Shown piece after piece: positions 47,667 to 57,357 of a DNA stretch of 64,000 bases (positions are counted from its first letter, which is position 1; each line of letters opens with the position of its first letter). The translations under genes and the position numbers were made by a program. Location: NCBI GenBank assembly GCA_965262115.1, contig OZ253496.1, positions 512,001 to 576,000 on the forward strand, written 5' to 3'. Source of the stretch: Nitrospinales bacterium (GTDB lineage: Bacteria > Nitrospinota > Nitrospinia > Nitrospinales > VA-1). Below the pieces are notes generated by a model. That model was not told the DNA's origin. It made no database searches and was given only the letters and a program-made list of their open reading frames with translations.

Positions 47667-49229
47667 ATGCAACCCGAAAAACTCATTATCTTCGACACCA
47701 CGTTGAGAGACGGAGAGCAATGCCCCGGCGCCAGCTTGAATATCAAGGAAAAACTTGAGATCGCGCGGCAACTGGCTCTGCTCAATGTGGATGTGATCGA
47801 AGCGGGTTTTCCGGTTGCTTCTCCAGGGGACTTCGAATCGGTCAAACAGATTGCGGAAGAAATCCGCGGCTCAATAATCGCCGGACTTTCACGCGCGTTG
47901 GAAAAGGACATCGAAGCAACGTCTCGTGCTTTGGAAAAAGCCGAATCACCGCGCATTCATATATTTTTGTCCACATCCAAGTTACATCGAGAACATATGG
48001 TCGAGAAAGCCAAGGAAGAAATAGTCGAAATGGGAGTGAAAGCTATTCAATTCGCACGCAAATATTGCGACGATGTGGAGTTCTCCCCCATGGACGCAAC
48101 CCGCACAGAAAAGGATTTTCTCGCCGAGGTCACCCAAGAGGTGATCGGCGCCGGGGCCACAACAGTCAATATTCCTGACACTGTGGGATACACCGTTCCA
48201 GAAGAGTTCGCCGAACTCATCCGGTACTTGAAGACGAATGTTTCCAATATTGACCAGGCGGTCATCAGCGTGCATTGCCATAACGACCTCGGGCTCGCGG
48301 TTTCCAATTCCCTTTCTGCGGTGCAAGCCGGAGCACGGCAGGTCGAGTGCACCATCAACGGCATTGGTGAACGAGCCGGAAACGCCGCCATGGAAGAAGT
48401 GGTCATGGCTATTAGAACCCGAAAGGATTTTTTTCACAACGTGTACACGGGAATCGAGACCAAACATATCCAGGCATGCAGCAAGCTGGTAAGCAGCTTG
48501 ACCGGGTTCTTCGTGCAACGCAATAAAGCCATCGTAGGAAAAAATGCTTTCGCACATGAGTCTGGCATCCATCAGCATGGGTTTCTCAAGCGCAAAGACA
48601 CTTTTGAGATTATGGACCCTAAGGATATCGGCGGTGACGAGTCAGAACTGGTGATGGGCAAACATTCTGGGCGAAGCGCACTCCTTCATAAGGTTCAGGA
48701 GTTGGGATACCACCTGGAACAGGATGAACTGGACAAGGTGTTCCAGGAGTTCAAAATTCTTGCGGATAAAAAAAAGGATATCTTCGAAGACGATATCCAC
48801 ACACTCTGCCAGAAACAGAAGTTTTCCGAGGACCAGCAGAACACCTACAAGTTAGGTTCTCTGCAATGCGGTTTTGAAACTGGGAAAATTCCCCATGCGA
48901 CTGTAGTCCTGGTTAGCCGTGATGGCAATGAACATTCTTCCAGCGCCAGCGGCGATGGCCCGGTGGACGCGATTTATAACGCCATCGATAAGATCACCGG
49001 CCTCAGATGCAAGCTTATCGATTACCAGGTGATGGCTAAAACCAAAGGACAGGATGCCCAGGGTGAAGTCACCGTTCGTGTTCAACATGAAAAGAGGGAA
49101 GTATTAGGGAAAGGCTCTGGAGTCAACACTATAGAAGCCAGCGGATTTGCGTATATCAACGCGATCAACAAACTTTTATTAAAGTCAAAGTCCGGCCCGG
49201 TTGAAGGCAGCGAACTACCAGGACCGTAA
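47667..49229 (+). CDS. leuA: 2-isopropylmalate synthase
   Basis: IFDTTLRDGEQ, HCHNDLG, GIGERAGN, AFAHESGIHQ, C-terminal regulatory domain. Confidence 0.96.
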   Translation: MQPEKLIIFDTTLRDGEQCPGASLNIKEKLEIARQLALLNVDVIEAGFPVASPGDFESVKQIAEEIRGSIIAGLSRALEKDIEATSRALEKAESPRIHIFLSTSKLHREHMVEKAKEEIVEMGVKAIQFARKYCDDVEFSPMDATRTEKDFLAEVTQEVIGAGATTVNIPDTVGYTVPEEFAELIRYLKTNVSNIDQAVISVHCHNDLGLAVSNSLSAVQAGARQVECTINGIGERAGNAAMEEVVMAIRTRKDFFHNVYTGIETKHIQACSKLVSSLTGFFVQRNKAIVGKNAFAHESGIHQHGFLKRKDTFEIMDPKDIGGDESELVMGKHSGRSALLHKVQELGYHLEQDELDKVFQEFKILADKKKDIFEDDIHTLCQKQKFSEDQQNTYKLGSLQCGFETGKIPHATVVLVSRDGNEHSSSASGDGPVDAIYNAIDKITGLRCKLIDYQVMAKTKGQDAQGEVTVRVQHEKREVLGKGSGVNTIEASGFAYINAINKLLLKSKSGPVEGSELPGP

Positions 49230-49239
49230 TCAGCCATAG

Positions 49240-49273
49240 TCCCCTTCCAGTTTTCCGGAGGGGATTTTCTTTT
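49240..49273 (+). terminator. Intrinsic terminator after leuA
   Basis: TCCCCTTCC...GGAGGGGA followed by TTTTCTTTT. Confidence 0.7.
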
Positions 49274-49297
49274 AAAAATTTTTGACTAGAGGATGCC

Positions 49298-50023
49298 ATC
49301 TCCAAGCGGGACACATTATTCAATCGGGATACTGCCAGCGAGCCTTTCGAGTTTGATGAGTCAGTGGCAAATGTATTCGAAGATATGCTGGAACGAAGTG
49401 TGCCGATGTATCAGGAATGTCAGTCGTTGGCGGTGCACTGGTGTGCCCAATTTGCCAAGGCAAACACTTCCGTCTACGACCTGGGTTGTTCCACCGGCAC
49501 CCTGCTTCTTAAACTGGCCCAAGCGATAGACAAAAATAAGAGGATCTCTTTGTATGGCGTCGACAACTCTTCAGCCATGTTGGAAAAGTCCAGCAAAACT
49601 CTGAGAGAATCACCGATCCCCTGCGAACTCTTTAAGGCAGACTTAAATCAGGGACTTTCCATCCAAAATGCGTCTGTGGTGGTGATGAACTATACCCTGC
49701 AGTTTGTCGTACCGGAACGCAGAATTCCCTTGTTAAAAAATATCTTTGAGGGTCTGGTTCCCGGAGGGTCCCTCGTCCTCATTGAAAAAATTAAAAGCGG
49801 CATTCCGGAGTTGGACCGGGCATTCATCGATTTTCACCATCAGTTTAAGCGGGACCGCGGGTATTCCAACTTGGAGATTTCCAGAAAACGCGAAGCTCTG
49901 GAAAATGTGCTTATCCCTTGGACCGTAGAGGAAAACCGATATCTCATCAAAAAGGCCGGCTTCCCGACGGTGGATCTGTTTTTCAAATGGAACAACTTTG
50001 CTGGGTTTATTGCTTTGAATTAG
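49298..50023 (+). CDS. cmoA: Carboxy-S-adenosyl-L-methionine synthase CmoA; apparent ATC start
   Basis: (I/M)SKRDTLF...FEFDESVANVFEDMLERSVPMY, YDLGCSTG, NYTLQF, EISRKREALENVL. Confidence 0.88.
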   Translation: MSKRDTLFNRDTASEPFEFDESVANVFEDMLERSVPMYQECQSLAVHWCAQFAKANTSVYDLGCSTGTLLLKLAQAIDKNKRISLYGVDNSSAMLEKSSKTLRESPIPCELFKADLNQGLSIQNASVVVMNYTLQFVVPERRIPLLKNIFEGLVPGGSLVLIEKIKSGIPELDRAFIDFHHQFKRDRGYSNLEISRKREALENVLIPWTVEENRYLIKKAGFPTVDLFFKWNNFAGFIALN

Positions 50024-50100
50024 AAACTATTGTATTCTTAGTAGCTTCATGAGAAACACCCATGTTTTTATGAAGTTTAGATGAATTGGAGAACTCGGTC

Positions 50101-50295
50101 ATGCCCCATTACGATCATACCTGCGAAAAATGTAAAAAAGATTTCGTGATCGAAATGAAGATGTCAGAAGTGGATAAAAAAAAGGTGTCTTGCCCTGAAT
50201 GTGGGTCTAAAAAAGTTTCGCGCAACGTGACCAACAACACATTTTGGAGCGAAAGCATAGACCGGTATAATTATTTAAAAACCAATAACGATTAA
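50101..50295 (+). CDS. FmdB-family zinc-ribbon protein
   Basis: MPHYDHTCEKC...CPECGS; GGAG RBS. Confidence 0.85.
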   Translation: MPHYDHTCEKCKKDFVIEMKMSEVDKKKVSCPECGSKKVSRNVTNNTFWSESIDRYNYLKTNND

Positions 50296-50316
50296 TTCCT
50301 GCGATATAACTAAATC

Positions 50317-51447
50317 ATGCTGACTCAGGTTCAACCCGGTACCCAAAAATTTCCCGGCCGCTTTGGCGACCTGGTCCAGTTTCCCCTGCAACGTATTCAT
50401 ATTGAGTTGACCAACGTCTGCAACTTTGACTGCACCTTTTGCCCCAAGCAGGAAATGACCCGCCATTATGAATATATGGAATTTGAAAGGGTCTGCGGAA
50501 TCATTGACGAGATCGCCGAATACAATATGGCGGAAAAAATCACCTTCCATGTGATGGGCGAACCATTCATGCACCCCCGCTTTTTCGAAATTCTTGAGTA
50601 TGCGGCGCAGTTAGGCGTGAAGACCGGCATCACCACCAATGGGACTTATCTCGATGACGAGATGGCCATCAAGCTGGAAAAAGTTACCGCCTCTCAAGTG
50701 AACATCTCCCTGCAAACTCCTGACGAGGAATCCTTTAAAACCCGGAAGTCCAGGCGGATGAAATTCGATGAATATCACAACCGCATTTTGCAATTCATTG
50801 AAGGCTGCCTGAAACAAGAAAAGCCCCCTAAGATAAAAGTCCACTTTTTGAACACATCGATCAAAACCGAAGTACCCGGTGACGACTGGACAGTGGGAAC
50901 GATGAGTGTCATCAACAACACCAAAGAATTACGAAAAACTTTTCGATATTGGGCCCGAGAGGTTCATAATATCTGTCCGCCCCTCAGCGAAGAACAGAAA
51001 GCCGCAGTGGAAAAGAAGATAGACAAACTCTCCTCCTTTAAATGGAACGTGGTGGAAGTGGCGCCAAATATTTTTTTTGAGACCTACATTCTCAATACAT
51101 GGGGTAACGCGTTTACCGAAGGTAGCCAGGTGGTCCCCTCCAAAACTGGTTATTGCAGTGCGCTGAGCGACCACTTTGCCATTCTGGTTAGCGGCGATTT
51201 GACATACTGCTGCGTCGACTTTGACGGAAAGACAGCAGCCGGGAACGTGTTCGAAAATTCGATCACACAAATCATGAACACCCAGCCGGTCATTGACGCG
51301 GTGGAAGGATTTCAAAAAAATAAAGTAGTCCACCCTCACTGCCAAAAATGTTTGGGAGGGAGCACCTGGTTTAAGTCGGTGCTGAATCGAGCAGGTTCAA
51401 TCATTATTTGGAAATACCTCAAAAAATTCTTTTACAAAACAAGCTAA
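50317..51447 (+). CDS. Radical SAM protein with SPASM/twitch-like C-terminal domain
   Basis: IELTNVCNFDCTFC, GEP, TTNG; C-terminal YC...CC.D...GN...CQKC. Confidence 0.9.
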   Translation: MLTQVQPGTQKFPGRFGDLVQFPLQRIHIELTNVCNFDCTFCPKQEMTRHYEYMEFERVCGIIDEIAEYNMAEKITFHVMGEPFMHPRFFEILEYAAQLGVKTGITTNGTYLDDEMAIKLEKVTASQVNISLQTPDEESFKTRKSRRMKFDEYHNRILQFIEGCLKQEKPPKIKVHFLNTSIKTEVPGDDWTVGTMSVINNTKELRKTFRYWAREVHNICPPLSEEQKAAVEKKIDKLSSFKWNVVEVAPNIFFETYILNTWGNAFTEGSQVVPSKTGYCSALSDHFAILVSGDLTYCCVDFDGKTAAGNVFENSITQIMNTQPVIDAVEGFQKNKVVHPHCQKCLGGSTWFKSVLNRAGSIIIWKYLKKFFYKTS

Positions 51448-51453
51448 AACAGT

Positions 51454-51530
51454 CGGGATGTAGCGCAGCCTGGTAGCGCACCTGCTTCGGGAGTAGGGGG
51501 TCGGAAGTTCAAATCTTCTCATCCCGACCA
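51454..51530 (+). tRNA. tRNA-Pro (anticodon CGG)
   Basis: CGGGATGTAGCGCAGCCTGGTAGCGCACCTGCTTCGGGAGTAGGGGGTCGGAAGTTCAAATCTTCTCATCCCGACCA. Confidence 0.97.
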
Positions 51531-51608
51531 GTTTTCTTTTCCTTCCTGATCCACTCACTCTTAAATTAAGAATTATTTTTTCCAACTCATTTATAAATTT
51601 AATCCCTA

Positions 51609-53204
51609 ATGATCATAGCTAGCAGTCTTGAAAAATCTTTTGGTCCTCAAATTCTTTTTGAGGATGTGTCTTTTCTTATCAATAAAGGCGAACGCATCGG
51701 GTTGGTCGGTAAAAATGGTACCGGGAAGTCCACCCTGTTCAGGATGATCCTGGGACAGGAGAGGCAGGACTCGGGATCCCTTTCAACGCCCAAAGGATAC
51801 AGGATCGGTGCTCTGGACCAGCATATCCGTTTCACCCAACCCACCGTTCTCAAGGAATGTATTGAAGCCCTGCCCGTTGAAAAACAATGGGATCATTACA
51901 AAGCTGAAATCATCCTTGCCGGTCTGGGTTTTTCCGACCATGATTTTCAAAAAGACCCCACCACCTTCAGTGGTGGTTTCCAGGTACGAATCAATCTTTG
52001 TAAAGCATTGTTGGCCGACCCCAATATGCTTTTGCTTGATGAACCCACCAACTATCTCGACATCATTTCACTCCGTTGGCTCAAGGACTATCTGAACAAA
52101 TGGCCCGGAGAAATGATTCTCATCACGCATGACCGGGATTTCATGGATAAAGTCGCCACTCACACATTGGGTCTGCATCGCAAACAGGCCCGAAAAGTCC
52201 GGGGTGGCACCATTAAATTCTACGAGCAAATGATCCAGGAAGAAGAGACCTACGAACTAACCCGCAAAAACCTGGAGAACAAACGAAAAGAAATGCAGTC
52301 CCTTATAGACCGGTTTCGCGCCAAGGCTTCCAAGGCAACAATGGCCCAATCCCGGATCAAGATGATGAAAAAAATGGGCACGATGGAAAAGCTCGACACC
52401 GATAAGAATCTGGGATTCAGATTCAACCATCGCCCCTGCCCGGGAAAAATAGTCATGAATATAAAGGATATTTCTTTCTCCTGCGACGGCAATCCTGAAA
52501 ACAATATTTTTACGGAACTATCATTCTCCATTGGGCGGAAGGACCGCATAGGAATCATCGGAGCCAACGGAAAAGGAAAATCGACTCTGTTAAACTGTCT
52601 GGCAGAGGAATTGACGCCCACTTCCGGTTCTATCATCCAGCACCCCTCTGCCTGTTTCGGCCATTTTGGTCAGACCAATATTGACAGGCTCGAACCCAAA
52701 AACAAGGTGCTGGATGAGATACTTCGCTCCAATCCCAACCTGTCCCTGCAAGCCGCCCACAGCATATGCGGTGCCATGATGTTTGATGGAGACTTGAGTA
52801 AGAAAAAGGTGAGCGTGTTATCCGGAGGAGAAAGAAGCCGCGTTCTGTTGGGAAAAATAATTTCTCATCCCACCAACCTCCTGCTTTTGGACGAACCTTC
52901 TCATCATCTGGATGTAGAATCTATTGAAGCCTTGATAGAAGAATTGAACGACTATGCCGGAGCTCTGGTGATTGTGACTCACTCCGAACTCATCCTTAAA
53001 ACCCTTGCTAAAAACCTGATTATTTTCCATCAGGGCCGGGCGGAATATTTTCATGGGAGGTACGAGGACTTCCTGGAAAAAGTGGGTTGGGAGGGAGAAC
53101 CCATCACAGAGAAAAAGGTAAAAACCAAAATGAACAAAAAGGAAGCCCGAAAATTACGGGCCTTGGAGCGCCAGAAAGCCCAGACTATTCAGGATTACAA
53201 ATAA
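51609..53204 (+). CDS. ABC-F family ATP-binding protein
   Basis: Two ABC domains (GKNGTGKS/FSGG/LLLDEPTN and GANGKGKS/LSGGE/LLLDEPS), linker, no TM segments. Confidence 0.93.
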   Translation: MIIASSLEKSFGPQILFEDVSFLINKGERIGLVGKNGTGKSTLFRMILGQERQDSGSLSTPKGYRIGALDQHIRFTQPTVLKECIEALPVEKQWDHYKAEIILAGLGFSDHDFQKDPTTFSGGFQVRINLCKALLADPNMLLLDEPTNYLDIISLRWLKDYLNKWPGEMILITHDRDFMDKVATHTLGLHRKQARKVRGGTIKFYEQMIQEEETYELTRKNLENKRKEMQSLIDRFRAKASKATMAQSRIKMMKKMGTMEKLDTDKNLGFRFNHRPCPGKIVMNIKDISFSCDGNPENNIFTELSFSIGRKDRIGIIGANGKGKSTLLNCLAEELTPTSGSIIQHPSACFGHFGQTNIDRLEPKNKVLDEILRSNPNLSLQAAHSICGAMMFDGDLSKKKVSVLSGGERSRVLLGKIISHPTNLLLLDEPSHHLDVESIEALIEELNDYAGALVIVTHSELILKTLAKNLIIFHQGRAEYFHGRYEDFLEKVGWEGEPITEKKVKTKMNKKEARKLRALERQKAQTIQDYK

Positions 53205-53366
53205 ATCCTTTTTTCGAGCCCGATAATGCTAAACCAATTCTTCAAAGTGACTGGCAGGGGTTTGGATAATATGCTAAAAATGTATTATCGCAATTTAGCA
53301 CACGAATTGGGCACAACCCTGATCCCTAAACCCGATCTCCATTAGATTTTCAACACATTTCAACTC

Positions 53367-55832
53367 ATGATTGACAAAATTAAACACGAACCAGGACAAA
53401 TCACCCGGGAATCGCTTAAGCTTTGGTTCAAACATCACCTGAAATACACCTTGGTGGACGACCAGTATTCTGCAACAAAAATGGACCATTTCATCAGCCT
53501 GGCTTTATCGGTCCGCGACCACCTGGTTAACAGATGGCTGCACACCCAGCAATCTTATTACGAGCACAACGTAAAAAGGGTTTACTACCTTTCCATGGAG
53601 TTTCTAATTGGCAGATTGCTGACCAATAACCTGATCAACCTTGGAATTTATGATGAATACAAACAAGCGCTGGGAGAGCTCGACCATGACATTCATGAAC
53701 TGGAAGAGCACGAGGTCGAGGCAGGGTTGGGCAATGGCGGTCTTGGACGTCTTGCGGCCTGTTTTCTCGACTCTATTTCCAGTCTGGGGATTCCCGGATA
53801 TGGTTACGGAATTCGTTACGAATTTGGAATCTTTTACCAAAAAATAGTCCGGGGCTATCAGGTGGAAAAGGCTGACAACTGGTTGCGAGTGGGGAATCCC
53901 TGGGAAATCCCCAGACCACGCTCCCTGTTTCCGGTTAAGTTTTATGGCCATGTACAATCCATTCAAAACGCAAAGGGTGAAAAGGAACATACGTGGGTCG
54001 ACACCCAGGATGTCATGGCCATGGCTTACGACATCCCTATTCCCGGTTATAAAAATGATACGGTCAACAATCTTCGTCTATGGAGTGCCCGGTCCAGCCG
54101 GGAGTTGGAACTGGAATATTTTCAGTCCGGTGATTATTTCCAAGCCGTGCAAAACAAACATGAAAGCGAAATAATTTCCAAAGTACTGTATCCGGCAGAC
54201 CATAATCAATCTGGAAAAGAACTCCGATTCAAGCAGGAATACTTTTTCGTGGCTGCCTCCCTGAGCGATATCATCCGGCGATACAAAAAATGCCATACCA
54301 CCTTTGATGAGTTCAGTGACAAGGTTGCCATCCAATTGAATGACACCCACCCCGCATTGGCCATTGCTGAATTAATGCGCATTTTGATTGATATTGAAAA
54401 AGTGCATTGGGCCAAAGCCTGGAAAGTAACCGTTAACACATTTGCCTTCACTAACCACACCATTCTTCCCGAAGCGATGGAAAAATGGTCACTGGAATTA
54501 TTTAGCAGAGTTTTACCCCGGCATCTCGACATCATTTTCCAAATCAACCAGAATTTTATGGATCAGGTACAGGAACGTTACCCTGGTGACCTGGATAAAA
54601 TGAATAGAATGTCCCTTATTGAGGAAAACCATACAAAATATATTCGCATGGCAAACCTCTCCATTATAGGCAGTCATTCCACCAATGGGGTTGCAAAACT
54701 ACATTCCAGCATACTCAAGGAAAAGGTATTTTCCGATTTTTATGAAATGTTTCCCGACCGTTTCAACAACATAACTAACGGCATTACCCCGCGCCGCTGG
54801 CTGAAAGCCTGTAATCCTGAACTATCAAAACTAATCACAGATTATATTGGAGATTCATGGGTCCGGGATTTATCAGAGATAAAAAACCTTCAAGATCATA
54901 TCAACGATCCCCAACTGATCGACCGCTGGAAAAAAATAAAAAGCGCTAATAAAAAACGGCTGGCAAACTATATTCAAGAGACTTTAAGTCTGGAAATTGA
55001 TCCAAACTCCCTATTTGATATTCAGGTCAAACGAATTCATGAATACAAAAGGCAGATATTAGGCGTTCTGCACTCCATCGCGCTTTATAACCGCATGCGT
55101 AGAAATCCCAAAGACATTAAAACTCCCCGAACCATTATGTTTTCCGGCAAAGCTGCCCCGGGTTATGCCATGGCAAAACTGATCATCAAGTTCATAAACA
55201 GCGTCGCCGACACCATCAATGCTGACTCCAGTTTACAGGGAAAACTCAAAATCGTATTTTTACCGAATTATTCCGTGACTCTTGCGGAAAGAATTATTCC
55301 CGCCGCTGATCTTTCCGTACAAATTTCCACAGCCGGGATGGAAGCTTCAGGCACCGGCAATATGAAACTGTCTCTCAATGGTGCTTTAACCGTGGGGACA
55401 CTCGATGGCGCAAATATTGAAATCATGGAGGAGGTTGGAAGTGAAAATATCTTCATATTCGGTTTGAATGCCGATGAAGTTATAGAGAAGAAACAAGCCG
55501 GTTATCAACCCAGGGAGATTTACAAGCAAAATCTAGAATTACGAGAAGTTCTGGACATGATTCAGAAAGGCTTTTTTTTCGGCCCACAACCCAATCTTTT
55601 TCAACCCATCCTGGAAAATCTGTTGGATCATGGTGACCCTTATATGATCCTGGCAGACTTTCAATCTTTCTGTGACACCCAGGAAAAGATCGGCAATGCC
55701 TATTTGGATATTGATGCCTGGACTAGAAAAGCCATCATTAATGTATCGCGGATGGGAAAGTTTTCCAGCGACCGCTCTATCAAAGAATATGCGAAAGAGA
55801 TTTGGAATGTCCCCGTTAACCCAAAACGCTAA
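53367..55832 (+). CDS. glgP: Glycogen/alpha-glucan phosphorylase
   Basis: GLGNGGLGRLAACF, QLNDTHP, KRIHEYKRQ, EASGTGNMK. Confidence 0.97.
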   Translation: MIDKIKHEPGQITRESLKLWFKHHLKYTLVDDQYSATKMDHFISLALSVRDHLVNRWLHTQQSYYEHNVKRVYYLSMEFLIGRLLTNNLINLGIYDEYKQALGELDHDIHELEEHEVEAGLGNGGLGRLAACFLDSISSLGIPGYGYGIRYEFGIFYQKIVRGYQVEKADNWLRVGNPWEIPRPRSLFPVKFYGHVQSIQNAKGEKEHTWVDTQDVMAMAYDIPIPGYKNDTVNNLRLWSARSSRELELEYFQSGDYFQAVQNKHESEIISKVLYPADHNQSGKELRFKQEYFFVAASLSDIIRRYKKCHTTFDEFSDKVAIQLNDTHPALAIAELMRILIDIEKVHWAKAWKVTVNTFAFTNHTILPEAMEKWSLELFSRVLPRHLDIIFQINQNFMDQVQERYPGDLDKMNRMSLIEENHTKYIRMANLSIIGSHSTNGVAKLHSSILKEKVFSDFYEMFPDRFNNITNGITPRRWLKACNPELSKLITDYIGDSWVRDLSEIKNLQDHINDPQLIDRWKKIKSANKKRLANYIQETLSLEIDPNSLFDIQVKRIHEYKRQILGVLHSIALYNRMRRNPKDIKTPRTIMFSGKAAPGYAMAKLIIKFINSVADTINADSSLQGKLKIVFLPNYSVTLAERIIPAADLSVQISTAGMEASGTGNMKLSLNGALTVGTLDGANIEIMEEVGSENIFIFGLNADEVIEKKQAGYQPREIYKQNLELREVLDMIQKGFFFGPQPNLFQPILENLLDHGDPYMILADFQSFCDTQEKIGNAYLDIDAWTRKAIINVSRMGKFSSDRSIKEYAKEIWNVPVNPKR

Positions 55833-55836
55833 ATTC

Positions 55837-57327
55837 TTAACCCCTGCCATAGGTTTTAGTCAACTCAGCAAGTTTTGCCACATCATCGGTTGACCATTGA
55901 CGCAACCTCCACTCCCAATTATTTTCAGCAGTTCCGGGGCAATTCATACGAGCGTTAGAACCCAGCCCCAACACGTCCTGCATGGGCAGAATAACTGTGT
56001 CTGCAATCGATCTCATTGCAAGAACCACCATTTCTTCAGCAACCGTAGCTGAATTCACTTTGTTCCCTATAATACTTTCTAGTTTCACTTTCGACTCATC
56101 ACTCATTTCTTCCTCATACCAGCCCCTAGTAGTATTACAATCATGCGTCCCGGTATACAAAATACAGTTCTTCACATGGTTAGCTGGAGCATAAGGATTT
56201 TGTAAAATTTCTCCATCAAAAGCAAAGATCAAAAGTTTCATTCCCGGAAACCCAAACCGTGCCATAGCGTCCTTAACATCCTGAGTAATAATACCCAAGT
56301 CTTCCGCGACAACGGGAATGGATTTGAATTCCTTGAATAGCCGGGAAAAGAATTCGACACCTGGACCTTCCTGCCAGCGCCCGTTTACAGCGGTCGAATC
56401 GCTGGCAGGTATCTCCCAGGCCGCCAGAAACCCGCGAAAATGATCAATCCGAACCAGATCAAACAGTTTCAGGCTATGCCTCATTCTCTTCAACCACCAG
56501 AGGTAATCATTTTCTTGAAGAATATTCCAGTCAAAGACAGGGTTTCCCCATTTTTGCCCCGTTTCGCTGAAATAGTCAGGAGGGACTCCCGCAACAACAA
56601 CAGGTCTCATTTCCTGATCGAGTTTAAAAAATTCCGGGTGGGCCCATACATCAGCGCTGTCATGATTCACATAGAGTGCCACATCACCAAAAATACGGAT
56701 CCTTTTATCGTGACAATACTTTTGCAATTTCTCCCATTGGCAAAACAGAACAAACTGAAAATATTTTTCCTGGTCGACAAGTTCTCCAAGCCTCTCAATA
56801 TATTTTTCCACCGTATTTCTTTTTTTTATATCCTCCGGCCATGCATTCCAAGATCTCCCATTAAAGTGGTTTTTTAGAACCGAGAAAACACAAAAATCCT
56901 CCAGCCAATAGGAGTGGTCAACACAAAACCTTTCATACTCGATTTTATTCACCCGCATCCTGAAGCGGGCGTAGCTTTTCGAAAGGAGTCTGATCTTAAA
57001 TTCTAAAACGGGAACATATTGCACCCGATGCGGGGAGCATTCGAGAGTGGGCTCCAAATCACTCTCGTCTAACAAGCCGTCACGAATCAAGAGTTCCGGG
57101 CTGACGAATAACGGACTGATTGCAAATGCTGAAGTACAGCTATAAGGCGAATTGCCGAATGAGGGCGGATTAATCGGAAGAATTTGCCAAAGAGTCTGAC
57201 CGGCCTGCTTTAATAAATCAGCAAACTCAAACGCAGAAGGGCCAAAATCTCCTACGCCAAACTTTGATGGCAGTGAAGTGATATGAAGAAGAATTCCACT
57301 GCATCGAGATCCCTGGTTCTGAGACAT
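55837..57327 (-). CDS. malQ: 4-alpha-glucanotransferase (GH77)
   Basis: GILLHITSLP, WQILP, RIDHFRGF, AEDLG, YTGTHD. Confidence 0.95.
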   Translation of the reverse strand: MSQNQGSRCSGILLHITSLPSKFGVGDFGPSAFEFADLLKQAGQTLWQILPINPPSFGNSPYSCTSAFAISPLFVSPELLIRDGLLDESDLEPTLECSPHRVQYVPVLEFKIRLLSKSYARFRMRVNKIEYERFCVDHSYWLEDFCVFSVLKNHFNGRSWNAWPEDIKKRNTVEKYIERLGELVDQEKYFQFVLFCQWEKLQKYCHDKRIRIFGDVALYVNHDSADVWAHPEFFKLDQEMRPVVVAGVPPDYFSETGQKWGNPVFDWNILQENDYLWWLKRMRHSLKLFDLVRIDHFRGFLAAWEIPASDSTAVNGRWQEGPGVEFFSRLFKEFKSIPVVAEDLGIITQDVKDAMARFGFPGMKLLIFAFDGEILQNPYAPANHVKNCILYTGTHDCNTTRGWYEEEMSDESKVKLESIIGNKVNSATVAEEMVVLAMRSIADTVILPMQDVLGLGSNARMNCPGTAENNWEWRLRQWSTDDVAKLAELTKTYGRG

Positions 57328-57357
57328 GTATATATTTATGACCTCTACGTTTAATGT

